A stretch of DNA of 64,000 bases from an uncultured delta proteobacterium (GTDB lineage: Bacteria; Desulfobacterota; Desulfuromonadia; Desulfuromonadales; BM103): NCBI GenBank assembly GCA_963715335.1, contig CAVQRZ010000033.1:25254-89253 (forward strand). The letters run 5' to 3'. A program made the translations under genes and the position numbers. This document shows positions 29,901-39,402 of the stretch, piece after piece. Position 1 is the first letter of the stretch. Every line of letters starts with the position of its first letter. Below the pieces are notes generated by a model. That model made no database searches, was not told the origin of the DNA, and saw only the letters and a list, made by a program, of their open reading frames with translations.

Positions 29901-32528
29901 AGCGGACGCTCAATCCAGCGGAAGCACAGGGAAGCTTTGCAAGCGGTGCCGATGGCCTGGCTTACCTGCAGCTACAGCCAACTACCCAGGCTGGCGAAGT
30001 GACAGTGGCGATCATGATGCCGGATGGACCACAAGAGATCACCGCCTGGCTTAACCCGGCCCCTCGCGACTGGATCCTGGTCGGCTTCGCCGAAGGCACC
30101 GTCGGCCACAACACCATCAACGACAACCAGGTCAGTGCCGAAGAAGCCGGAATCGACGAGGACAGCTATAGCGATGGGCAGGTCAAGTTCTTCGCCAAGG
30201 GCGCGATCAAGGGGGATTGGCTGCTGACCCTGGCCTACGACTCCGACAAACCGGACCTCGATGGCGACAGCCTGTATCAGATTATCGACCCCGACACCTA
30301 CTACCCGCTCTACGGGGACGAAACCCAGCAGGGGTACGAAGCCTCCAGCGCCGAAAAACTCTACGTCAAGCTGGAGCGCGACCAGTTCTACGCGCTGTTC
30401 GGCGACATGGACACCGGCCTGAACCAGACCGTGCTGTCGCAGTACAGCCGCAGCATGACCGGCTTCAAGTCGGAGACTGCAGAACGAGCGCTTCACCTAC
30501 ACGGTTTTTGCCGCCGAAACCAAGCAGGCCTTCAGGAAGGACGAGATTCGCGGCGACGGTACGGCTGGCCGCTACTCCCTGTCGCAGTCGGAACTGGTGA
30601 TCAACTCGGAAGAAGTGGTCATCGAAACCCGCGACCGCTTCCACAATGAACTGATCGTCAAGGAAGAACGACTGTCACGCCACGTCGATTACGACATCGA
30701 CTACGATGCCGGCACTCTGTACTTCAAACGCCCGGTGCCGAGCAAAGATCAGGATTTCAACCCGGTCTTCATCGTGGTCCGCTACGAAACCAAGGCTTCA
30801 TCCAATACCAACCTGAATTATGGTGGCCGTGCCGCGCTCAGGGTACTCAACCAGCAGGTCGAGGTCGGCGGCAGTATGGTCCACGAAGAGAACGGCGACG
30901 AGAAAGGCGATCTATACGGTGTCGGACGTCACCGTCAGGCTGACTCCGCAGACCACTCTGCGCGCCGAGGTCGCCACCTCCGACATTGACTCCATTGATG
31001 ATGGGAGACCTCAGTGGCAACGCATACCTGGCCGAGCTCGAGCATCTCGGCGAGAGCTATGACCTCGTCGCCTGGTTCCGGCAACAGGATGCGGAGTTCG
31101 GTCTCGGGCAGCAGAATAGTGGCACTGAGGGGATGCGCACCTACGGCACACATGGCAGCTATCGCTTCAATCCGAGGTGGAGTCTGAGTCGGTGAGGCCT
31201 ACCACGAGGACAACCTCGATACCGATGCCACCCGCGACGTCGAGACCGTACAGGCACTGTACCAGACGGAACGCTACGGTCTGAACGCCGGTGTACGCGA
31301 GGCCCGTGACAAATTTGACGATGGCGAGACACAGACCAGCCGGCAGATGCTTGCCGGCGCCAATTGGAGCACACCGGACCGCAAGCTGACCCTGCGCGCC
31401 ACCCACGAGCAATCGCTGGAGGGGCAGGAACGAGAACAGTCGACTACCCGACCCGGACGATGCTCGGCGCCGATTACCAGCTGACCCGTAAGATCAGCCT
31501 CTTTGCCGAGCAGGAATTCACCTGGGGCGAGCAGGAGGATACCGAAGGGACGCGAGTCGGACTCAATGCCACGCCCTGGAAGGGTGGCGAAGTGCGCACC
31601 TCAGTGGAGCGCTACAACGTGGAGAACGCGGAACGGGTCTTCGCCCTGTTCGGGGTCGGCCAGGTCTGGCAGGTGACCCAGAAATGGAGCGTCGATCTGT
31701 CCATCGATCGCAGCTACACGGTTAAAAATGAGCCGGCCGGAGAGCGGGTCAACGGCAACGTGCCGACCGGCCAGCGGCGGCGACGACGATTTCACAGCCG
31801 TATCGGTCAGGCGCCGCCTATCGCACTGAAAGATGGTCGTGGTGGAACCGCCTGGAAACGCGCCAGGGGGACAGTGAGGACAAGGTTGGAATCAGCTCCG
31901 GCGTGGTTGGCTGATCTCCAGGAAGGGGTAGCGGTTCTCCGCCCGTTTGATGGCCTTCATCAACAATTCGCAAGACGGCAGCGACAGTGACGAGGAAGAA
32001 CATCACGCTGGCCCTGGCCTACCGCCCCGACCGGAGCCGCTGGATCCTCCTCGAACGTCTTGACCTGTCCCTCTACAACGAGAAACGGCGAGAGTGTGGA
32101 CAACGACAGCATGCGCATCGTCAATCATCTGCACGCCAACTTCCGTACCGCCGATCGCAAAGTGGCAGACGTCCTTTTACTACGGCCTCAAATATGTGCG
32201 TGAGAGTTACAACGGCGACCACTACGATGGTTACACCGATATGATCTCAGTCGAAACCCGCTACAACATCAACCGCAAGTGGGACATCGGCGTACACGGT
32301 GCACTCCTGCACTCATGGAACAGCAACCAGCTTGACCATAGTCTCGGCGCCGACATCGGCTATCTGGTCATGACCAACGCCTGGGTCAGTCTCGGTTATA
32401 ACGTGGTCGGCTTCGAAGACAAGGACTTCTCGGATGCCAACTACACCGCCGCAGGTCCCTACCTGCGATTCCGAGTCAAGTTCGATCAGCAATCGGTGCG
32501 TGAAGCGGCTGCATGGCTGGGTCGATAG
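26930..32528 (+). CDS. Very large outer-membrane protein: Ig/DUF11/SdrD-like domains plus a C-terminal beta-barrel (putative usher-like platform); several frameshifts from ~30480 to ~32160; start may be ATG 27104
   Basis: ORF 26930..30649 continues in ORFs 30597..30989, 30986..31195, 31364..31990, 31987..32244 and 32094..32528. Motifs GVPGVRVYLDDG...TDKDGKYHF, WLLTLAYDSDK, YYPLYGD, KLYVKLE, LGYNVVGFEDKDF...GPYLRFRVKFDQ. Confidence 0.75.
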
Positions 32529-32693
32529 ATCATGATACAATTAATGACCCCACCATCCCGGTGGTTTTTTATCCTGACTTCTTGACAGCCATCGTTTTCC
32601 GGATAGATTAGAAGATATTACTTTACATGCAGGGGACTGGTGGCCGTTACCTGACGAGCATCGCCTTCTGCTCTGTCGACAAAGGAGAATGCA

Positions 32694-33017
32694 ATGGATG
32701 GTAAAGAGCTGAAGAAGGTTCTCGCCAGCCTCGGCATCGCGACGCTGGTGACTGCCGTCGGGGCAATGGTTCCAGGCCACCTGCAGGCCGCAAGCGGCTG
32801 AGGTGGCAAAACAGACGGCACAGTTGGTGCCGGCAAAGCAGCCAGTTCAGGAGCCAGCGGCTGCAGCGGGAAAGATGCTGCGGCGACGAAGGAAGAGGTC
32901 TGTACTGAGAAGATGACCGAAGAAGAGTGTGCCAAGGCGATGGCGGAGAAGGCCAAGGCTGCTGCAGAGGCAGAAAAAAAACCGAGCGGAGGCAGTGGCT
33001 GAGGTGGTAAAAAATAA
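32694..33017 (+). CDS. sbtA: Selenocysteine-containing RiPP precursor, SbtA/selenobacteriocin-like (107 aa, 2 Sec)
   Basis: Manual translation: MDGKELKKVLASLGIATLVTAVGAMVPGHLQAASG-U-GGKTDGTVGAGKAASSGASG-C-SGKDAAATKEEVCTEKMTEEECAKAMAEKAKAAAEAEKKPSGGSG-U-GGKK*. TGA at 32799 and 33000 in frame; RBS AAAGGAG; radical SAM gene adjacent. Confidence 0.85.
32816..32832 (+). promoter_or_regulatory. SECIS-like hairpin for the first UGA
   Basis: CGGCAC-AGTTG-GTGCCG starting 14 nt after the UGA; G at loop position 2 followed by U. Confidence 0.7.
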
Positions 33018-33036
33018 GTGGTGCCGTGAGCACCAC
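33018..33036 (+). promoter_or_regulatory. SECIS-like hairpin for the second UGA, located in the 3' UTR
   Basis: GTGGTGC-CGTGA-GCACCAC starting 15 nt after the UGA and immediately after the TAA stop; G at loop position 2 followed by U. Confidence 0.7.
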
Positions 33037-33077
33037 AAAACTTCCTGACTGAAAAACTTTAAGGAATCACTTATGAT

Positions 33078-33116
33078 CGGATTGGCCTTGCGCATTGCCA
33101 GGGCCAATCCGTTTTT
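33078..33116 (+). terminator. Terminator-like hairpin between precursor and maturase genes
   Basis: CGGATTGGCCTTG-loop-CAGGGCCAATCCG-TTTTT. Confidence 0.65.
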
Positions 33117-33128
33117 CATGGTGGACCG

Positions 33129-34706
33129 ATGAGGCAAAAGATCAAGAAAATATTTCCGATGACATGCGGACACCTCCCGGAAGAAATCGGCAGAGACGGG
33201 TCCACCGCACTGATCTGGTCAGATGCCGACAGCTTCGTCGAGCAACTCATGCTGCTTGCGGAATCAGCTGATCTCCCTGCATACCTGCCCGACCTGGCGC
33301 GGGCGGAACGGGCTCGATATGAGCTGAACAACGGCAGCCGACAGATCCCTCTGGAACGGCCTGATGATTCGATTGAAATAAACCCTACACTGCTGCTGAT
33401 AGAAGTCGGCTGGCAGCCGCTGCTGGCCATGCTCGACGGCGCGGACCTCAAACCGGAGCCTGCCGCACAGATTCTGTTGTTCTGGCGGCACCCTGTAAAC
33501 GGCACAGCCGAGATGACCACGGCTGCACCAGCAGAGCTGCTGGCCCTGAAAATAGTGGCTGAACAACTTGAGCCGATTGATGTCGCGGCTAGCCACAACC
33601 AGCCCGTCGGTGTCATCGACGGAGCAATCGACAGCGCGATTCGCAAAGGCCTGCTGCTTTCGCCGACAACAAAGCTGCGCCGTGGGCTTTCAGCGGGCCA
33701 GATCACGGAGGTCTCAGCCGGAGCGCTTATCGAAGCCGAGGTATTCACTCTACAGTGGCATATCACTCATAGCTGTGACCTGCATTGCCGGCACTGTTAC
33801 GACCGCAGCGACCGCAGCGATGTCGACGTTGCGCAAGGGCTAAAAATCCTCGACCAGATGCGCCAGTTCTGCCGTGATCACCAGGTCGCCGGCCAGGTCT
33901 CATTTTCCGGCGGCAACCCATTCCTGCATCCAGGATTTCTGCAACTTTACCGGGCTGCTTTTGATCGAAACCTGAACCCGGCGATCCTAGGCAACCCGGT
34001 CAGCGAGGCGCAAATCGACGCTGTCATGGAGATTACCAAACCGGCTTTTTTCCAGGTCAGCCTCGAGGGGCTCGAGGAACACAATGACCACATCCGTGGT
34101 AAAGGCAGCTACCGGGCTGTTCTGGAATTTCTGGAAGTTCTGAAGCAGAAGCAGATCTACTCCATGGTCATGTTGACCCTGACCCGGGCCAATCTTGACC
34201 AGGTATTGCCCCTGGCAGAGAGGCTGCGAAACCGGGTTGACCTGTTCACCTATAACCGCCTGGCCATGGTCGGTGAAGGAGCCAACCTGGAGTCACCTCA
34301 GCCAGAGGAATATCACAGGTTCGTCATCGACTACCTCGAAGCCCGTCGCACCAATCCGATCCTGGCCCTCAAGGACAGCCTGATCAACATCGAGCTTGAG
34401 CGGCGACAGCAAGACCTCTTTGGCGGCTGCACCGGCTACGGCTGTGGTGCTGCCTTCAACTTTGTTTCTCTGCTCCCGGATGGGCAGGTGCACGCTTGCC
34501 GAAAATTCCCTTCGCCGATCGGCGACCTCAACAGGCAGACCCTTCACGAGATTTACCACTCACGGGATTCGCAAAAATATCGTGACGGATGCCATGAGTG
34601 CTCTTCCTGTCATCTGCGTCTTGCGTGCGGCGGCTGCCTGGCTGTGACTCACGGCTGGGGACGCGACCCCTTGCAAGAGAGAGATCCCGATTGCTTCATA
34701 ACATAA
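33129..34706 (+). CDS. sbtM: Radical SAM/SPASM peptide maturase, SbtM-like (thio/seleno-oxazole forming family)
   Basis: TLQWHITHSCDLHCRHC, FSGGNP, GGCTGYGCGAAFNF, CRKF, CxxCxxxxxCGGC...DPDC SPASM; N-terminal extension; directly downstream of the Sec/Cys precursor. Confidence 0.85.
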   Translation: MRQKIKKIFPMTCGHLPEEIGRDGSTALIWSDADSFVEQLMLLAESADLPAYLPDLARAERARYELNNGSRQIPLERPDDSIEINPTLLLIEVGWQPLLAMLDGADLKPEPAAQILLFWRHPVNGTAEMTTAAPAELLALKIVAEQLEPIDVAASHNQPVGVIDGAIDSAIRKGLLLSPTTKLRRGLSAGQITEVSAGALIEAEVFTLQWHITHSCDLHCRHCYDRSDRSDVDVAQGLKILDQMRQFCRDHQVAGQVSFSGGNPFLHPGFLQLYRAAFDRNLNPAILGNPVSEAQIDAVMEITKPAFFQVSLEGLEEHNDHIRGKGSYRAVLEFLEVLKQKQIYSMVMLTLTRANLDQVLPLAERLRNRVDLFTYNRLAMVGEGANLESPQPEEYHRFVIDYLEARRTNPILALKDSLINIELERRQQDLFGGCTGYGCGAAFNFVSLLPDGQVHACRKFPSPIGDLNRQTLHEIYHSRDSQKYRDGCHECSSCHLRLACGGCLAVTHGWGRDPLQERDPDCFIT

Positions 34707-34734
34707 CAAAAACTCCGCAAAAGGCTGTCCCTTT

Positions 34735-35088
34735 CAGACTGTTGTCAAGTTCGGGTTGTGTTTAGAGTCAGCAACAAAGCGTGAGAGCTGCTCTGGAAGA
34801 CTGCATTGATAGTCATGCTTTTCAGGCTTTTCCCTCGTAAGTCTCCTGCGAGGAAGGCCCCCTGTAACGGGCCGGCTTCTTGAGCAGTATCGTTTGTTGA
34901 TGCCACAGAAATCTGGCAAAGGAGATGCCCTCCGCAAGGAGAAAGGCGTTTTTTGCATACTTTTTGTCGCCGTTTGGACAAAAAGTATGGCGTCTGGCGG
35001 GACGCGACCCGCCGGTTTTGAACTTGCCAATCGTCATCGCAACTTTTACAAACCCGCATCAATCCTGGTGAAGGGCTTATCACGAAGC
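34735..35088. mobile_element. Non-coding palindromic MITE-like element, short copy
   Basis: Shares GGAGATGCCCTCCGCAAGGAGAA...TTTTGCATACTTTT...CAAAAGTATGGCGTC.GGCGGGACGCGACCCGCCGGTTT and both end regions with 40580-41230. Confidence 0.6.
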
Positions 35089-35128
35089 AGAAGCGGGCCG
35101 GAAATTTTTCCGGCCCGCTTCTGCTTTT
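35086..35128. terminator. Bidirectional terminator between sbtM and ahpC
   Basis: AGCAGAAGCGGGCCGGAAA-t-TTTTCCGGCCCGCTTCTGCT. Confidence 0.8.
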
Positions 35129-35154
35129 GTTTGTTTGAACTACGCCCTAGTGCG

Positions 35155-35757
35155 TCACAGTGAATCGGCCTTGTTTTTCAGATAAGAGGCAACGCCGGCT
35201 GCATCAGGCTTCATCCCCTCTTCTCCCTTGCTCCACCCCGCCGGGCAAACCTCACCATACTTCTCGGTAAACTGGAGCGCGTCGATCATACGCAGCATTT
35301 CGTCAACGTTGCGGCCAAGCGGCAGGTCATTGACGACCTGGTGGTGAACCTTGCCGTCTTTGCCGATCAGAAAAGAGCCGCGGAAGGCAACCCCGGCCGC
35401 TTCGAATTCGACATCATAAGCGCGGCAGATCTCGTGCTTGACATCCGCCACCAGGGGATAGGCAACCGCACCGATACCCCCTTCGTCAACCGGGGTGTTG
35501 CGCCACGCAACATGGGTAAACTGTGAGTCGATGGAGCAGCCGATCACCTGTACATCACGGCTTTCAAATTCCTTGATCCGCTTGGAAAATGCGATCAATT
35601 CGGTCGGGCAGACGAACGTGAAATCAAGGGGGTAGAAAAACAGCACAACATACTTGCCCCGGTAGTCTGCGAGGCTGAACTTGGGATTAATGCTACCGTC
35701 AGCCATAACGGCTGCCGCGGTAAAATCAGGGGCCTGCTTGCCAACCAAAACACTCAT
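35155..35757 (-). CDS. ahpC: 2-Cys peroxiredoxin (AhpC/TsaA)
   Basis: FFYPLDFTFVCPTE and GEVCPAGW motifs. Confidence 0.95.
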   Translation of the reverse strand: MSVLVGKQAPDFTAAAVMADGSINPKFSLADYRGKYVVLFFYPLDFTFVCPTELIAFSKRIKEFESRDVQVIGCSIDSQFTHVAWRNTPVDEGGIGAVAYPLVADVKHEICRAYDVEFEAAGVAFRGSFLIGKDGKVHHQVVNDLPLGRNVDEMLRMIDALQFTEKYGEVCPAGWSKGEEGMKPDAAGVASYLKNKADSL

Positions 35758-35954
35758 CTAAAAACTCCTTTCAAAGAAAACCGGTTAGTTACATCAAATT
35801 GCGCCCTAGTTTACCGACTCGAACCTGACTGTCAAGACATTTATAACCATTTCAGTCATTTATCTGCACAAGACCTGCAAGGAACCGGAAGACCAGGACA
35901 ATGGATTAGAGTTGTGGCGGGCTTGATCGCTTGCGTTTCGCACCGCGCGATTGG

Positions 35955-36845
35955 TTATTTCTTCTTGCTCCGCGGATGGGCCTTGTCGTAGACGGACAAC
36001 AGTTGGTCGACGCTGACCTGAGTGTATTTCTGTGTTGTTGACAGAGAAGCGTGACCAAGCAGTTCCTGGATGGCACGCAAGTCGGCGCCACCGTCGAGAA
36101 GGTGAGTGGCGAAGGAATGGCGCAGGGCGTGGGGGCTGATATCCTTGACTATCCCGGCCTTGATCAGGCGGGTCTTCAGATTGCGTTGCACGCTGCGGGG
36201 AGTAAGGCGTCCGCCCTGGGCATTCAGGAACAGGGGGACATCGTCTCCAGGCGTTCCCCTGGCCTCAAGATACAAGCCAAGGGCTTCATGGGACTTGCGT
36301 CCGATCGGCAGGATCCGTTCCTTGCGACCTTTACCGACCACCCTCACCAATCTTTCGCGCAGGTCTAGCGAACCAACGTTAAGCTCGGTGAGTTCGCTGA
36401 CACGCAGGCCACTGGCATAGAAGAGTTCAACAATAGCACGATCGCGAAGATCGAGAAGACTGTTGCTGTAGCCCCGCTCCATTAGCGCCGTTGCTTCATC
36501 AACAGAAAGCGTCTTCGGCAAATACCGGTTCAGCTTGGGAGTCGATAAACCTTCAGCCGGGTTACCGGGCAACTGACCTTCACGAACCAGGTAACGGAAG
36601 AAGGTTCTCAATGCGGAAAGCTTGCGGGCAATCGATGTTCTCTGGTTGCGTTTGTGGAGTTCTGCCAGGTAGCGTCGCAGGAGGAAACTGTCGATTTTCA
36701 ATAGCGCGGTCCGATCGGAGCCACCGTTCTGGTCGAGGAACGCGCGGAACTCATGCAGGTCACGCAGGTAGGCCGCCCTGGTGTGTGGTGACAGGTTGCG
36801 CTCATCGGCAAGATATCCGGCAAAATGATCAATCCATTTCTGCAT
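35955..36845 (-). CDS. xerC: Tyrosine recombinase XerC
   Basis: SPHTRAAY, RKLSALRTF, GLRVSEL, SPHALRHSFATHLL, LGHASLSTTQKYT. Confidence 0.9.
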   Translation of the reverse strand: MQKWIDHFAGYLADERNLSPHTRAAYLRDLHEFRAFLDQNGGSDRTALLKIDSFLLRRYLAELHKRNQRTSIARKLSALRTFFRYLVREGQLPGNPAEGLSTPKLNRYLPKTLSVDEATALMERGYSNSLLDLRDRAIVELFYASGLRVSELTELNVGSLDLRERLVRVVGKGRKERILPIGRKSHEALGLYLEARGTPGDDVPLFLNAQGGRLTPRSVQRNLKTRLIKAGIVKDISPHALRHSFATHLLDGGADLRAIQELLGHASLSTTQKYTQVSVDQLLSVYDKAHPRSKKK

Positions 36846-37022
36846 GATCCACCTCCGTGCAAATCTACCATAGACAGCCCTGATTCATAAACGTTTTCTG
36901 GCTAACCAGTTAGCGAACTAAAGGGTGGAACAGTGCACAAGACGGGAAAAATTGCGCCGACTTCAGGCCGGGGAGTACGTCTCCTGTTGACGCTCTCAAA
37001 CGCATGGGATAATCTTCTTTAC

Positions 37023-37868
37023 ATGGCAACGATCCTCTCCTTATTGTTAATTCTGATAAAATTGACTGTCTGCCTGGCCGCCCTCTCAGTCCTGCTGAGC
37101 TATACCGTCGCGTGGTACGAACGAGCCAATGCCCAGCCCGATCTCATTGAGCGCCGCTTCACCACCCGCGGCTTCGGTATCGCGATCTGGCTTTTAATCC
37201 AGGAGACAGCCTGTCTCCTGCTGACCATTGTCATGCGTCCGTTTGGCTGGGCTGCAACCAGGGTGCCCGAAGCCGGGCAGTCAGATCGTCCTCCGGTCAT
37301 TCTTCTGCACGGCCTGTTCCAGAACCGCGGCTGTCTTTTCTGGTTGCAGTTCCGCCTACGTTCTGCAGGTTATCTGCAGACCATGAGCATCAGCACTCCT
37401 CCATGGCGAGACATAGAGACCCTGACCGAGATCCTGGCAAAAAAGGTCGATGAATTGCGCATCAGGCTGAAAGTTGACAAGGTTGTCCTGGTTGGGCACT
37501 CCATGGGCGGAATGATCGCCCGTAATTACATCCAGAATCGAGGCGGGGCGGCAAATGTCTACGGCGTGGTCACTCTCGGCTCTCCGCACCATGGTTCCAA
37601 GCTTGCGCCTTTTGCCATTTCGCCGATCGGCAAGACCCTGCTTCCCGGCTGTGATTTTTTGGCAAAATTCAACAGCATGCCCTGGCCTGAACAGGCCCGA
37701 GCCATCTCAATCTACACCCGCTATGACAATATCGTGCTGCCCGCCGACTCGGCAAAGATGACCGGTGCACAGGTTGTTGAGCTGGATGGCATGGGACATA
37801 CCTCACTGCTTTTCCATCCACGCTCCCTGCAGGCGGTGATTGAGGCCGTAAATCAGATCACGACATGA
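37023..37868 (+). CDS. Alpha/beta hydrolase (lipase/esterase-like)
   Basis: ILLHG, GHSMGG nucleophile elbow, TLGSPHHGS; N-terminal TM segments. Confidence 0.85.
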   Translation: MATILSLLLILIKLTVCLAALSVLLSYTVAWYERANAQPDLIERRFTTRGFGIAIWLLIQETACLLLTIVMRPFGWAATRVPEAGQSDRPPVILLHGLFQNRGCLFWLQFRLRSAGYLQTMSISTPPWRDIETLTEILAKKVDELRIRLKVDKVVLVGHSMGGMIARNYIQNRGGAANVYGVVTLGSPHHGSKLAPFAISPIGKTLLPGCDFLAKFNSMPWPEQARAISIYTRYDNIVLPADSAKMTGAQVVELDGMGHTSLLFHPRSLQAVIEAVNQITT

Positions 37869-38260
37869 AAACCCTGCCAGTTAAAAGTCATAAACAGGTT
37901 GAGCTGATCGACATCACTGACGCTGTCCTCAACGCCATTCTGGAAGATGACATTGTCGAAGGACTGGCCGTCATTTACACGCCCCATACCACTGCAGCGA
38001 TCACAATCAACGAGAATGCCGACCCGGATGTCGGCCGCGATATCATCATGGGGGTCAACAAGCTGGTCCCTATGCACGATGATTACCATCACCTCGAGGG
38101 CAATAGCGCAGCTCATATCAAAAGCAGCCTGTTCGGTGCCAGCGAAACATTGATTATCAATAACGGCAAAGCTGTGCTCGGAACCTGGCAGGGGATCTAT
38201 TTCTGCGAGTTCGATGGCCCCCGCCAGCGCTGCGTCCACATCCAGACTGTCGGCACATGA
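37865..38260 (+). CDS. yjbQ: YjbQ/UPF0047 family protein
   Basis: HTTAAITINENADPDV, HLEGNSAAHIKS, LGTWQGIYFCEFDGPR. Confidence 0.92.
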   Translation: MKTLPVKSHKQVELIDITDAVLNAILEDDIVEGLAVIYTPHTTAAITINENADPDVGRDIIMGVNKLVPMHDDYHHLEGNSAAHIKSSLFGASETLIINNGKAVLGTWQGIYFCEFDGPRQRCVHIQTVGT

Positions 38261-39402
38261 ACCTGCCCGTCTCCCTCCAGTCGCTGCCGGATTACGATCC
38301 GGGACGCGTGAATGAAGCCCTGCATCTTCTCCTGGAACCACTTGGGGGAATCGAAAATTTCGTCAAGCCTGGTCAGAAAGTCTTGATCAAGCCCAACCTG
38401 CTGGCCGGCAAGAGCCCGGAAAAGGCCGTTACGACTCACCCGGAAATTGTCCGGCAGGTCATCCTGCTGGTCCAGAGCGCCGGCGCTGTAGTGACAGTCG
38501 GTGATTCTCCGGGGCTTGGCAAGCCGGAGAATGTGGCTCGCAAGTGCGGTATTTACGATGTTGTCGAAGCAACCGGGGCGCGTTTTGCAGCCTTTGAGGA
38601 ATCCGTACCGGTTAAATTCGGTTCCGGGACCTTTCATCAACTTGAAGTAGCCAGGGAAGCACTCGATACGGACATCATTATCAACCTGCCGAAACTCAAG
38701 ACCCACCAGATGATAGGCTATACCGGTGCGGTCAAGAACCTTTTCGGCCTTGTCGTCGGCATGCGTAAGGTTCGACTGCACTTGCAAGCCGGAACCGACA
38801 AAGCATTTTTCGCCCTGATGCTGCTGGAGCTTGCCGAGCGCTTCGAACCGGCATTGTCAATTATGGACGCGGTAGTCGGTATGGAAGGCAACGGGCCCGG
38901 CAACGGCGACCCCGTACAGATAGGAGCGCTCCTCGCCTCGCCGCACACCCTGGCCCTCGATACGGTTGCCACAACCATGGTCAACCTGCCGGGAGAGCGG
39001 GTCTGGACACAAAAGGTCGCCCGCGAATCGGGTCGTCGCGGAGTATCACTGGACGAGCTCGAGCTGCACGGTACTCCGCTGGAGATGTTGCAGACCGACC
39101 GTTTTCGTCCTGCCAAGACATCTGACATCAATTTCGGCTTGCCGACACCGCTGAAGAACCTGTTGAAAAATGCAATCACTGCGCAACCTGAAATCAGCCA
39201 CGCATGTCAACTATGCGGGCACTGCGTCACCCATTGTCCACCCCAGGCAATGAGCATGCATGACAATGGCGTGCGGATTGATTATGGCCGCTGTATACGC
39301 TGTTTCTGTTGCCAGGAGCTTTGTCCCCACGCGGCTGTCATAACCCGTCAGGGAGCCCTGCTGCGACTATCCGAATTCATCCACGGACATCGCCGGGAGT
39401 AG
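38257..39402 (+). CDS. DUF362 domain protein with C-terminal 2x[4Fe-4S] ferredoxin domain
   Basis: VLIKPNLL, TTHP, NLPKLKTH, MEGNGP; CxxCxxCxxxCP twice. Confidence 0.88.
   Translation: MNLPVSLQSLPDYDPGRVNEALHLLLEPLGGIENFVKPGQKVLIKPNLLAGKSPEKAVTTHPEIVRQVILLVQSAGAVVTVGDSPGLGKPENVARKCGIYDVVEATGARFAAFEESVPVKFGSGTFHQLEVAREALDTDIIINLPKLKTHQMIGYTGAVKNLFGLVVGMRKVRLHLQAGTDKAFFALMLLELAERFEPALSIMDAVVGMEGNGPGNGDPVQIGALLASPHTLALDTVATTMVNLPGERVWTQKVARESGRRGVSLDELELHGTPLEMLQTDRFRPAKTSDINFGLPTPLKNLLKNAITAQPEISHACQLCGHCVTHCPPQAMSMHDNGVRIDYGRCIRCFCCQELCPHAAVITRQGALLRLSEFIHGHRRE

Noticed and set aside
32541..33173. Minus-strand ORFs 32541-32780, 32618-32956, 32647-33036 and 32847-33173
   Set aside because: Shadows of the plus-strand Sec-containing precursor, which has an RBS, leader, SECIS-like hairpins and an adjacent maturase.
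35955..36845. Prophage or island integrase
   Set aside because: Typical chromosomal XerC in housekeeping context; no att sites or phage genes nearby.
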